A DNA stretch of 57,421 bases, filler included, from Asterionella formosa (lineage: Eukaryota), in assembly GCA_002256025.1 (NCBI GenBank). It is 4 parts of 4 records of this genome, joined end to end, with 100 filler letters (N's around TTAATTAATTAA, not from the genome) between each part and the next. Parts side by side here need not be neighbours in the genome. Positions count along the whole stretch, not along the records: positions 14,390 to 28,678 come from NKIB01006090.1; positions 28,779 to 43,059 come from NKIB01006094.1; 2 more parts are not named here. One strand, given 5' to 3'. Shown piece by piece: positions 24,961-37,548 of this stretch; the first letter of the stretch is position 1; every line of letters starts with the position of its first letter. The position numbers and the translations under genes are program-made. Under the pieces are notes generated by a model that did not search any database, had not been told where the DNA came from, and saw nothing but the letters and a program-made list of their open reading frames with translations.

Positions 24961-27665
24961 TGCATGCCGAAAACTTGTGGTTTAGCATTGACTGTAGGAG
25001 CGTGTTGTGTTGATAATTTGACATTACCGGGTGTTGGAGTGAGTTGTGAGTCACAGAAGGAGCACCAGATATCCTTTGCTTTTTTACCCTGCTCTTTTAA
25101 GATTTCTAATAAAACGAATTTGATGTGCAACCCCGTCATCATTTCATACGGTTTTTGTCACAAACGCTGTGACAAAAAATGGTTCCCTCGTTTTAGAATT
25201 CTCATAAATTTGTCACAAACCGAATTCTGTTCATTATTTTGAGACTCAGGATCGTGTCATTACATTATCGGTTTTACATCAGGATGGGACGAAGAATATA
25301 CCTTCCCTATGTACTGCTACTGTTTAGGCATTGGCGTTGTCCTCGACTGCATCATCAAGTCGAAATGTAGTACATCGTTCTGATTCACCTCCTTCTTGGC
25401 TTTGAACTGCGAGGGAGAAACCCTTGAACTTGACAATGGAGCCTTAGAGTACAATCAAACCACAACAGAGATGATAGTTGTTTGTCCGCTCACTGTAAGT
25501 GCCTCGAAGACCATTAACTTTGCGGTCGTGACTTGCCATTTTTGTTGTTTTTCAAAATAAATGAGAAATATTGGAGCAATTCCCGCTCCAGCTATCGATC
25601 GTCTTACCATTCGGGTAAACTTCGCCCGACACCTAAAAAATAGTCTGTACAAAATGCACACACGAGAATGACTTCTACCAGGTACCACCAGTACCAGGTA
25701 CCTCGGGCAGACCAGTCCCATCACCCATGCCTAAAACAGAAAGTAGACTACTGATAATAGACAAAAAAAATTGTCAGTATGTATGATGCACACAATCAAA
25801 GTGTAAATTACGACTCAACATCACTTCATTTCAACCTCAACCAAATGATAGAATGTGTTAAAGTGTAGTTATGACTCAGAGTCAAACGATTCGAATGAGT
25901 CATCTTTGATGTACCAAGATCTCATCAACCACACATTATACCTTGTTACTCTGCCTATAATGAACCAGACAATATAAGCTATTTCGGAAGACCGATAGTT
26001 TGAAAATGAATGATCATGGTTAAAAACCTATGATCAGTAAGTGTGAGATAGACATGGGTCTAATATAGAAACGAAAAGAGAAACAAACGTCTCTATCTAT
26101 AGTCTTCTTTGTCTAACAATACAGATCTATCAAAAAAGGTAATACTTTAACAAGAATGTAGATGAAATGTTTCATGAATATTTAATAGCTAGCTATTAGT
26201 AGTGTCAGTGCTACTTGTTCTGTTGACAATTGTTGACAACATTCAACAATAGCATTCTTCTGTTGGCTGTTTGAACCAAATTAATTCCCTAATTCATTTC
26301 AATAAACTAGCAATTCATTAGAATCACAATTTCAATATCACAAGTTCGATGTTAACATTGCAGTCTGCAGTAGATTTATCCAAACTGCTATCTTGTATGA
26401 ATAATCTTGGATGTTGTGATTTAGCTACATGCACTTGCATTGCTCATCATGAAGCCCTTCGTCAAGGAGGAGTCAATCAATGATAGGCTCATGGAGTTCA
26501 ATCATCTCTTAATCATTCAAAGAATCATGTTATTTGTGTGAATTTTTGTCTACCTGACCTGCTTTATCAGCTTGCAACAAATGATGGACTCTCAGCGACA
26601 AATATACATGACATGGCGATAGAGAATCCAGGAAGCTTGTTTCAATTCAACAATAAAAATGCGCCAGAGTTTTAAAACTTGAAATCGGTAATTAATAGAC
26701 AAATACATTCAAAGGGATTTTCTAGCAATGAGAAAACAGGTTAGTTAATTGATGATAGCTGGCAATCAATTGGACTTGATTTGACGACGAAAACAAAGAA
26801 GTAAGACTCTATACTAGGCTTGTTAAACAGAATAAATCAGACGACTATTTTATCAAACGAACATTTGAAAAGGCTGTTATGTCTAGTTCTCAACATTATA
26901 TTTTTTTAAACCACATATCACACATGCAACAAGCTGTTGGAATGGGGGTCGCATTACCAGCCAACATGCAACTGTCACAACATACTACAACCCAAAGTTG
27001 CTTCAATTACAATTTTGCTGCATACTAGCTAGTATTTCAGAAGTTGACTAGACAGCATGGACTTCGGCTGATTACTGTGATGAGCGAGCGATTGTAGATT
27101 CATTTAAATGAGCTCAACCGTAGTAATGGCAAAGGTGAACTGTGGCAAACTGTAGACAGATCATATGGTTTCGCAATATCCAATGACAAGGACAACAAAT
27201 AGATCATACCAACAACAAGATTCTTTCACACACCGGTATGTACATGATGTATGTATGCGCATCCAGGTACGGTACCTGGTGCCGGTACTCCATAATACAA
27301 GTCATACCGCCCAGTATTAGTACCAGTATTCTCTACCAGGCAGTACATCAATCTCCACTTTTCTTCCGGTATTTTATATACACCAGGTAGAACCGTTTTA
27401 CCTGGTACCAGAGTACAGGGAATTATCAGAAGGCAAACAAGTTTTGGGGCCGGGTGTTCAAGATTTATGTACCGGTATAAGTCTCATCTCAGATGGAAAG
27501 GAGCAAATGTCAACAACATGCACAGCAAGATGGGGAACAATAAATCAAGAAGTCACAAAGTTCTGCCATTAATCTTTGGGTTTGATCCTAGTTTAGATAA
27601 AAAGTAAACATTATTTATGGGTTACCGGGGCTGTTCAAAGGTCTCGTACTACTTCCCTTCTGACG

Positions 27666-28678
27666 GGTATCTCTGCATTTGAACCCCTAGGCAAAAATTA
27701 AAATATTGCTTAGGGTTGCCGAAATTCCCTGGAACTAAGAATTTTTATTATGAGTTAATTTTGAATGACGTGATTCCATTTGAAATATTTGAATCACTGG
27801 AAATTTGCGCGTACATACATAGATTCCTTTTCGAATTCAATAAATATATACATAAACGTTCTCCATCGCTCAATGTTTATATACCCTATCATACAATCAA
27901 CATATATGTGTCAGACGAGCTGGCAGCATGGCAAATATTGTTGATGACTACTGGTAAGAAACAAAAAAAGCAACAATCAACCATGAGCGAAATTACACAT
28001 CAAAATGATGACAATGGTAATGACGAATTTAACTACAGTCATGATAGTTGTCCTGCCTGCCAAGACCGGTTGATTGTAGAGTTGTATGTGGAGGGATGTG
28101 AGGATCGCATCTTCTGCGAATGCTGCGATTTTTGCTGCCCTGAATGTCAGTGCCGACGGGATGAAGTCGAAGAGTTGGTGGAGAAGTTTCTGGAAGGTGA
28201 ATCAATTCTTACCAGGTTGAAGGATGAAGACATTACGGCACCAAGAGCCCGCAATCTTCTGTACAAGTTTCTGATCAGAGTTTTCAGTGGTCCATTGGGA
28301 AAAGGTGTTCGGATGCAACTTCCTGACTGTTGTTTGAAGGGGGTTCGATCTCTTTTGAAGAACAAGGACCCAAACGAAGTGTTCACTGGTTTCAAACCAA
28401 CTTCCAAACGTTCTAAATGTTCTAAATCTATTAATGATTAGTGTTTTTACGATTTTCATTTATTTCATTAGGAAATCAAGAACTTCAATCCACCTACGTA
28501 CGATGTTTCAAAACCTTCTAGAAATGAGGTGGCATGAATGATAAAAATATTTTTTATTTTTACACAATCTAACGAATCAACCTGCCATAAAAAACAGCAA
28601 CACCAGCCAACTATTATAAGAAAAAATCATGCCACGTTCCAGTGGTAGCCGTCTCATTTCCGAAATTGGTGTTGGTGG
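27666..28678 (+). mobile_element. Left part of a Kolobok-like DNA transposon (TIR, Cys-rich ORF, start of transposase), cut by the contig end
   Basis: The first ~200 bp match the reverse complement of the TIR end at ~42200-42395. Region ~28030-28675 matches the reverse complement of ~49650-50270. The ATG at 28629 (MPRSSGSRLISEIGV) parallels 49694 (MPHSSCDRLISEIGV). Confidence 0.8.
27983..28441 (+). CDS. Cys-rich protein with P2X7-ballast-like C-terminal motif (KolX-type transposon accessory protein), 152 aa
   Basis: CPAC..C..CECCDFCCPECQC followed by RNLLYKFLIRVFSGPLGKGVRMQLPDCCLKGVR..P..FTGF. The ORF is intact. Confidence 0.75.
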   Translation: MSEITHQNDDNGNDEFNYSHDSCPACQDRLIVELYVEGCEDRIFCECCDFCCPECQCRRDEVEELVEKFLEGESILTRLKDEDITAPRARNLLYKFLIRVFSGPLGKGVRMQLPDCCLKGVRSLLKNKDPNEVFTGFKPTSKRSKCSKSIND

Positions 28679-28778
28679 NNNNNNNNNNNNNNNNNNNNNN
28701 NNNNNNNNNNNNNNNNNNNNNNTTAATTAATTAANNNNNNNNNNNNNNNNNNNNNNNNNNNNNNNNNNNNNNNNNNNN
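28679..28778. other. Artificial contig linker
   Basis: 100 nt: N run with a central TTAATTAATTAA. Confidence 0.97.
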
Positions 28779-30492
28779 ATTGTGGAGTTCATCATCTTTG
28801 CTGGCTTCCATTAAAAGATCAACAGAGGGAAAGCGACGGTACCTTGTCCACCGAAAATTCAATTGAGCAGAAACCAGACCAACGAATCTTGGAAGTTGCA
28901 TCTTGGGCTTGTCAGGTATTAACTCTCTCCAATCTATCTGTTACTATTAGTACCATATTGTGATGTAGTCCCCTCTCTGCTGCTGTGACAACTAGCAACT
29001 TTACCATAGTATGAATTCTAGCAAATGTCACATATAAATTTAAGTATGATTACTACCATATTTTGATCTGTAGACAACCATGATAATCATTGCAATAAAT
29101 GTGTACTGAAGTGTCTAAACTAGCTATCCCCAATCATCAACTGTTACCCTAATTGCCAAATTGTTAATCCCAAACTTCATGCCACAAAGGCCTGACAGAT
29201 CACTCCAAAATAATTTTTTCTAAGACTTGACCCTTTAAAATTGAAAGCATGAATCATATGTTTGATTTAAAATAATGGCAATTCTATACAGCTTACTAGG
29301 GTATCCTGCTTATGCATAGCGCAATAACTGTGATTTGCCCCTGGATTTCAGGAATATTGAGCAATTCTTTGTTCAGGACTTAAACAGAGCAGATACACCT
29401 TCATAAGCTTTGTTAGCCATCCAACCTTGTCACACACTTCTGTAAATTTTTCCAACATATTGTGGTATTTTGATATAGGTACCTGAACACCAAACAATGT
29501 TTGACAAGACTTCCAGATCATATCGATTTCAGGAAAATGGAAGTTTTGCATTACATACATTCCATCCATTGCCATGATTTTTTCGGTAACTCATTTGAGG
29601 GAAAGGTTTCAATCACATTGTATTCGTCCAAAGACAAAAACTCTCCAAAGCAACATTTACATTGAGTGAAAAGCGATTCATCGCAATGAGCTCAAAAATC
29701 CAACCATGACCATGTGCATCATTTTTCAATGTCCTTCCAAAAGAAAATGTAATAGCCTACTAACCCCAAAAGATATAAAAGCTTCAATTTATAAGCCTCC
29801 ACACCTTCATCAAAAAATGAATACTTCTTTCATAAAACACTCCATTTTCTGGTTCTGACAAAACACAACAAACAGCAGATTCTGCGATACAATCAAACTC
29901 TTCCTTTCGTTTCTCATCTCACAACTTGTTAAGAGAACATAGAATTGAGGGCAATTAATGCCCTTCATATTCGTCAATAGAAAAATTGAACAAGATCAGA
30001 TACCTCACTCGCAAGGGGACCCCAGCAGTCACCTCCTCAATTGCCTCTTCTAATGACTTGTTCAAATTATTGTCATAATCAGGTTGATACCTCCTGTCAT
30101 TCTCATCTTCGCTGTTGCTTTCTGTTCCATCTTCACTTTCATTTTCCAAAGCATCCACAATCTGTGCAATTTTTTCTGGTCGTCGGATCTTCATCATTTG
30201 ACTTAGAGTGTCATTAAGGTTGCGCTTTGCTGATTTCAGTTCATGTTCGTCCAACCGATTTTGTGCTTTCAACAATTGCAGTTTATACACTCTATATTCC
30301 TGTATATCACACTACAAAAATTGTTCCAAATGAACTGCGAGCTGAGCAGCATCAGATCCATTGATGATTCCATTTGTTGCATTAGCTTCCCAAAGATTCA
30401 CCTTGAGTTGACATAACATCGTTGGGAGGTAACGTCGCTTTCCCTCTGTTGATCTTTTAATGGAAGCCAGCAAAGATGATGAACTCCACAAT
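28779..30492. repeat. 60-bp perfect inverted repeat pair (28779-28838 / 30433-30492)
   Basis: ATTGTGGAGTTCATCATCTTTGCTGGCTTCCATTAAAAGATCAACAGAGGGAAAGCGACG and its exact reverse complement. Confidence 0.9.
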
Positions 30493-31940
30493 TATCTCGC
30501 CTTAACATCATGTAGACTGAGGGTCGAGGGCTGATCATTCAAGTGCACAACTGCGCTCTGTATCTTCGAATTACAGCGCCGTAGAACGCCTGTACAGGGC
30601 CGTCCAGTCCCTCCTCTGTATTGTCCTCAATAGGCTCTGACTGCTTTAGTTGAGGCCATCAGAGTCAATTTGAACACAATGATGTGCATGTGTAGTATGA
30701 GTAGCAGCCGTCACGGCAGTGTCATCAAGCCAAATGATATCCGTGTACTAGAAAAAAAATAATTGGTGGTTTATATGAAGGCTATGTAGGCTAGGGTTTA
30801 AGGGTTTATAAAAAGAGGGGGACGAAATATCGAAATAGGGGGACGAAATATCTTTTTCCTAAATAAATTAATGATTTTTCAAAAGCGACCTCAATCAGTT
30901 AGTTGTTGAGTATCAAAACTCAAAACGTTATGGTAGGTCAAAGTTAGGCTTCCATCTTGTCATTGAACCAGTATTTTTGTCAGATATGATCAGCCGTTAA
31001 ATTTTAACTATGTTTTTGTAGTATGTTTTCTTCGTGTCCTACACTATCTCAAATCAGATCTTGGTAGCAAGTTTTAGTGCTCATGCGTTGGCTTTCTTCC
31101 GCTGCTCTACAATAGAATTGCTTCATTGCTTTCTAATCACAATTTTACTTTTGCTACTTCTGCATAATCTTCTACAATGACAACGAAAAGTTGTCAATCT
31201 CAATGAACTATCAAAAATCCACTGTGCCCCTATATTTACCCTAAATAAAAATAACTTACAAATATCATAAATTACTTAGACACCAAGAGGTCTCATCAAA
31301 AAGCAAGACGATAGCTATGGTGGTGGGAATTGCTATAGTAGAATACCAAGAATAATGTACACCAGTAATCAGTAAAAAAATGCTTTGAACTTTTATTGAA
31401 ATAATATCAACACTTTGACTGCTGACCCTCCTCTGCTATCATACCTAGAATTACACATTTTGCAACAAATTTCTGATTGCTTACAAATCTGAAGCAATCC
31501 ATCTAAGGAGGAGCTACTCTGAACATTCATTTGAATGATCAATAAATATATATATACTATATATATACATACATACATGAAAGTGTCGATCTGTTACGAC
31601 ATCATATCCGATGAAATCCAAATCAGCAGAATTTACTAGTAAGCAAATTCTGCTGAATCCAAATTATTTATTTTCCCAGTTTACTTGTTCCTTTATCAGA
31701 TTTGAAACAATAAGATTCAGTATCTTCATAGGAATGCTTGTTTTGTGGATACAATCTACAGTCATGGCCATCATTTTCCAGGCCCAATAAAAAATTTCAG
31801 CGCAATTTGGAGGCAACTGAATTTTAATTTTATTTTCTTCGAGTTAAAGATAGCTAGCTAAGAAAGTGACCATTCTGACCCCTGGCTGATAAAGGGGGGA
31901 TTCCAATGCATCTATGTAGTAGTATGCAGCTTACCAAGGA

Positions 31941-32240
31941 AAATAAAATCTGTTGAAAATGAGATGAACCATAGCGTGAGGCATTATCCAATAATTACCA
32001 TATTCACTACAGTTTCCTACACACCTGCTTCTTTAGTTTTCCTATTGAAGAAAACCTGATGAAAAGTATTATTACCTATTAGTCAATCAAGAAAAATAAA
32101 ATCTGTTGAAAATGAGATGAACCATAGCGTGAGGCATCATCCAATCATTACCATATTCACTACAGTTTCCTGCACACCTGCTTCTTTAGATATTCCTATT
32201 GAAGAAAATCTGATGAAAAGTATGATTACCTATTAGTCAT
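31941..32240. repeat. Tandem duplication, ~152-bp unit x2
   Basis: AAAATAAAATCTGTTGAAAATGAGATGAACCATAGCGTGAGGCAT...TTACCTATTAGTCA occurs twice with few differences. Confidence 0.93.
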
Positions 32241-32351
32241 TCGTAGCCATTTACCAAACATATCATCACGCAATTGAACACAATGTAGTTTTTCTTAACA
32301 AGTATTATTTCACTATTCAAAATCGGTTGAGTACCGCATTGGGCCACATCG

Positions 32352-35300
32352 CTATCTAACCTTTGTTTTTGTAAAAGTGTGAGACACACCGTCAGCCCTC
32401 ACATCAATCCACTTAAGCGTCCTTTCCACTTCCTCGATTACATTTCCTGCAGCCTTAATTTCTAGACTGGTGCACTTTTCTTCATATTTCGCCCAAGTTG
32501 TCATGAGTTGAACAACGCGTTCGAGGGCAGTTTCTCGCACTCGGACAAATCGCCGAGCCGCTAGGTCGAAAATGTCTGCTTTGAGATTCTTGCTTACGAG
32601 ATGTATCTCTTTTGACTCCTTCACTGTGGTATGTGTCACTTTTGGTTCAACAGCTTCCAACTTTGCTTCCAGCTCAGAGACAAGCAAGGGCAATCGCTTG
32701 CGATTTGCAATGTTGATTGCGGTAGTTATGTCAGTCTTCTTCTCAAATGCAGCGAGAGAATCGGCCCGAACCTTGCTGAAATGCTTCTCCAATTGAATTC
32801 CAACACACTGCATGTATACAAAGCTTTCAACATTTTCAAGGCGATCATTGTAGGCAGTCAGTAAGCTAGTGAGCTCATTCAAAAATGTCTCGAGACCTAC
32901 ATCCCGAGACTCGACGTAAGTCATAGCAAGTTCCTTGCATCTGCCGCCATGAGCTTTGCTTGACACCCACCCTGCCGGATCGTTTGTCGCAATGCGGACT
33001 CCACCAAGGATACTCATGGAAGTGGTGGCAGCTCGATTGGTACCATCACTATGAGGCGTGACAGTCCCACTAAACGACTCACCAATCTGAATGACACACT
33101 GATGTCGCGTGTTTAGAATAGGATGAGGCACTCCTGCAAAGCCAGGGCCTCGCTCGGGGTCGCCATTGAAAATGAGAATTCGCAACATATTGACCGCTTC
33201 GACACATCGACTTATATTTTCTCTTAATCCAATGGCATGGTGACGAACTAGCCGAAGATCACGAGTAGTTTCCTCCACCTGCACCTCGGCGTCGTCAATG
33301 CCTACAGCTTCCATAATAGACAATGCTAACGTAGCATTCCATTTTCCAGGCCTTTCACTTGCCAACTGAATTGCCTTTTCACGAAGCAAATTCTTGGAGT
33401 ACTCTTCATCTGATATTGTGTTATAATCAAATCCCAAACCATTGTCGCCGGCGCTATTGAATTTGCTGTTATATCCAATATTGACAATATTTTGCACCAA
33501 CATTAGCTCTTTCTTATCATCTTCCTTATTCTCCAAAACATGCCGGTGCTTCAACTTGGATATTGATTTCGGGTCCGCAATGCTAATTTTGGCTCGCAAC
33601 AACAAGGCAGCAGAATTCAGCAAGGCGGCTTGAGCGGCTTCCATGGTGAAATACTGAAAGGCCATTCTTGCTGACCGCACATGTGTTGCCCTACACATGG
33701 AAGTCAAAGAATCTCGGAGCATTCTTTCATTTGCAAAAACACGCCTTTCAAAGGCCTTTCGTTGCGACTGTGCATTCTCAACCTCAAGTGTCGAGGAAGG
33801 CGCTGTCGATGCCGAATTACTAAAGGAGCTGACCGACTTTTTGAGCTCAATAAGTTTGATCGACGCAAGCGCCCGAAAGGACTCAGACCATGTACTTTCT
33901 GCATTTTTCTGCTTCTTTCTTGTTTTTTCCGGAGCATCATCCAGATGAGACAAGTGTGCCACGGCTTCAGAATATGCATTCAAAGCTGGTGGGACTGCAC
34001 TCAAATCCGCTACATAAGCGGACAACATACCATCTAGTGCTCTCAGACCAGGCGTTGACCGTTCAATCTTTTGTTTGGCCATGAGTCTTAGTAGCTCATC
34101 GACGGACTGCTTGCTTAATTTGCGATAAGGCAAACCACCGTTGGCCTTATTGATTTCTCCTACCTTGCTGTTTTCTACTTCCTTTTCATACGAATACAAA
34201 TTCGACAAGGAGATAGCGAATCTTTTCCACGCTGCACCAATCTGACCTTCTTCTTCTGTCAATGATCGCACCTTGTCCATAGCCGCCATGCTGCTCTTGC
34301 GATAGGCTGCCACCAAGCTCCGTTCTGCCTCCAATAGTTCCGAGTGCGTGGCCAGTGGTGAGGAATCATGAGGTTCGTACTGTACAAAGGAGTCTTGAAG
34401 TTCCAATGTTGCGACATCTCCCAAGGCGCGAGAGGAGCAGCTCATCATTCCGAGCGGAAGTTGGGGTGTGGTGGGTGAATGTACCGATTCGGGACCAGTA
34501 CACATATCATCGATTGGAAAACATGAAAATGGCTTGTTCCATAACGATGCAACAAATGATTCATCCTTGACCTCCTTTATAGGGGAGTCCTTCCATGGGA
34601 AATCTAGTATTGATGTGATTGGTAGGTGTGATTTGTTTGAAACATCCATTCTTGCGGGTTGTGTCAGTGGATCTGTATTTCTATACAAAAACGCCTCCAT
34701 AGCTTCTGACCTAATCAAATCAACTGTTTGTCTAATCAGAACCACTTCCCCTTGTCCTCTAATTCCATTCAATACGTCTCCCAACCAGTCTCGTAGAATT
34801 GAAGCCTCCACTTCATACTGCGTATTTTTAAGGTCCGCTGTCCCAATAGCTACCGATAGTAATGGTAACAACAAGCCACCATGATATTCCGCTCTCAATG
34901 CTTCTTCCAGCCAGATGAAATCTCTAAGAGATCTCCACGTGAATGCCGTTGTAAAGGAGGAGCATCCTTCCGTGCTCTGCAAAGTGCGTTTTTGTACCAA
35001 TATTCTATACTTCCATAAATATTCGTCTGCGTCCCATTCTGCTGGCGATACTTCCACCACCCAGTTCCGTGCCACTTTTGGCGGTAATCCAGCTCGTCCA
35101 AAAGGCCTTGACAGAATTAACTTAGTTTTGGATTGCTTTTGGTCATTGGGGCTTATTTCCGGCAGCAGCTAAAGTATGTATAGAGCAACCACACAATACA
35201 AGCGTGAGTGAACCATGCAGACTGCCTTGCACTGATTTATATCCGGGGATTCGCACAGACGCCACTTACCGTATCTGCATCCACTGGACCGTTGAACTCC

Positions 35301-35587
35301 TCACACGCTTCGCTCAATGGTGGCGATTCCAGTTCCTTTGCAGCATCGTTTTCGTCCGGGACATAGCTTGTTATTGTAATTGTAGTCGCCGTTGGCACCT
35401 CCGCTGCTGCCTGCGGGGCCTCGCTTCTCGGCTTGTTCTTGACGCCCCTGAACAGCCATCTCAAGCCCTTCGGCTTGGCATCCTTCTTTTCGGAGGGGTC
35501 GTCATAAAGGGCCGAGGGTGAATGCGACACGAGGGGAATCAAGTCGTTGCTGATGACGTGCTTGTTGTGGTTGCGGGTCCGTCTCAT
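32352..35587 (-). CDS. PX-domain protein with long helical C-terminus (sorting-nexin/BAR-like), ~1044 aa; exons 35587-35270 and 35168-32352
   Basis: PX-like YRILVQ..WRSLRDFIWLEEALRAEYHGGLLLPLL. A phase-0 intron at 35169-35269 (GTAAGT..TTTAG) joins the 116-aa and 907-aa ORFs. The remainder is coiled-coil-like. Confidence 0.78.
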
Positions 35588-36169
35588 TTGCGCTCGTATC
35601 GTCTCTCCTCTCCTCTACCGGTAGTCTAGTCTAGTCTACTATGCGTGCGTGCATGCATGTATTGCTCCTGGCAATGGCGCAAATCAGAATGATGTTTGGA
35701 AAGCAGGGCGAGGGACTGGTGAGACTTGAGAGACGATGATGGATATATAAAAATAGAACAAGGATTGAATTCCTTTGAGCATGCCGGCCGGCCTTGGTAC
35801 GCCATGCTGAACGAGGAGTAACTGTCAAGTTTTTGCGCGTCTGTCCCTCGCTCATCCGCCACCGTGGGACTTGTCTTGTCCTTGCTCATCAGCACGAACA
35901 AACAATCATGTGTATCTCACTTATTATCGAGCGCTTTGTTGCTTACATCACAAAGAGGCCTTTTTTCATACTCATACATGAATATATACATACTTATTTA
36001 GGGAATACGATATTGCCTGCTTGCTTGGTAAACAGGCAGGTACGATTTCCGGACTTAGGGCTGGAAGTGACCCAGGCTTTCTCCCGGTCGTTGTTGGGTG
36101 TTATTCAAGTCACTGGTATACCGATATGCATTCTTGTTTCCAATGATGGTGTATACTGTAGAGTCTTTT

Positions 36170-36850
36170 ATGGCACTCTTGATGTTCTTCCTCTTACTGG
36201 TGGTATTAACAGATGCCCTTTCCTCTCGGCGCGCCTTTCTCCAACAATGTGCAGTGATGTCGTCAATCGCAGCCCTTCCACAACAATCGCTGGCTAGAAA
36301 TAGCTTCAGCGCCGATACAGCAGATACTCTCATTCCAGCCATTATAGAGGCACAAACAACCCTCCATACACTCTTGAACAACTGGGACCGAGCCACTGTC
36401 GACTGCACCTTTGCTGACGTCCCGAGAGACCTGCTAGAGCAAAAGAACAAGGCATTGCTATTGGAAAAGGCATCCACATTTGCTCTATTTGACAAATCTG
36501 TCTCTGTGGAAACGTGCAAGACGACAAACAGAATAGTCAGATCGTATCTTGGACTTACAGGGGTCGGACCACTGGTTGGTATCGACAAAGTCATTCGAAA
36601 AGCGCTGAATCTTGTGGTCCATGTGGATATGATGGACTCATATGTGGAACAAACAGAATCATTTTCGGAATCCATATCGAAAGCTGCGTCATTGTCCTAT
36701 GCCGCGGGATTAGACATGGATTCGGTCAACAACTTTGCAAAGGGGAATGTTGATAGAAATGCCAATAGCAATCTCGAACAATCTCGGATAGCTATTGAAG
36801 ATGCCACGGCGGCCTTGGACAAGATAGTCGACATGCTTATTGTTACTTAA
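36170..36850 (+). CDS. Hypothetical plastid-targeted (possibly thylakoid lumen) protein
   Basis: Signal peptide MALLMFFLLLVVLTDA followed by twin-arginine SRRAFL, a hydrophobic stretch and SLA, then a helical mature part. Confidence 0.75.
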   Translation: MALLMFFLLLVVLTDALSSRRAFLQQCAVMSSIAALPQQSLARNSFSADTADTLIPAIIEAQTTLHTLLNNWDRATVDCTFADVPRDLLEQKNKALLLEKASTFALFDKSVSVETCKTTNRIVRSYLGLTGVGPLVGIDKVIRKALNLVVHVDMMDSYVEQTESFSESISKAASLSYAAGLDMDSVNNFAKGNVDRNANSNLEQSRIAIEDATAALDKIVDMLIVT

Positions 36851-37548
36851 CGTAGATTATATAATAATCTAGATTATATAATAATCTAGGAACATTTGCA
36901 AGGAAGTAACACTCAATAGCAATGGGCGACAGAAATACCCGGACAAAGGAAAACATTATCCATTTCGAAAAACTGGTGTTTCCGTTTTAGACACACGAAA
37001 TTCCTGGCTGATGTACCTACCACTCTTAAGAACATGACAGCGATCATATCGGTGGTATACGGTACCTGGTAGTTGCTTCAGTATGTACCGTAGGTTGATT
37101 GCAAGCAAGCCATCAAATGAATATGATCATACACCACGATGGTATTCATCAAACAATATATGTGTCATTTGTGACTATCGTACATGATGACACAAAGCAT
37201 TATTTATTTAGACGTATCTATCTGCATGTACATAGATATAGAAATATTTGTCGGTTTATATACCGGACATGTAGAAAGTCTCTATAAAAGTAATTTTAAT
37301 AACTTAGTATTAATAAATTTACCAGTATGTAATTTCACCCACCCTACGGGTATACAGCGGTTTCGGAAATAAATAATTCATGAATGTGCGATGACGTGTA
37401 GTAAAAATGAATTACCGGTATAATACTCATTCGGCGTTTTGTCGATCACGTCACACCTATGTACTGGTATCCTGTATGTGTAGCACCGGTATTGTGCAGA
37501 AACTTCTTGGATACACAAAATCGACCCAAGTCATGTGCACTCCGAACA

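Noticed and set aside
27716..27982. N-terminal 89 aa of the 241-aa ORF
   Set aside because: Non-ATG start inside the TIR/subterminal region; the ATG at 27983 is the plausible start.
36853..36886. 17-bp direct duplication after a stop codon as a TE footprint
   Set aside because: AT-rich; simple slippage is a sufficient explanation.
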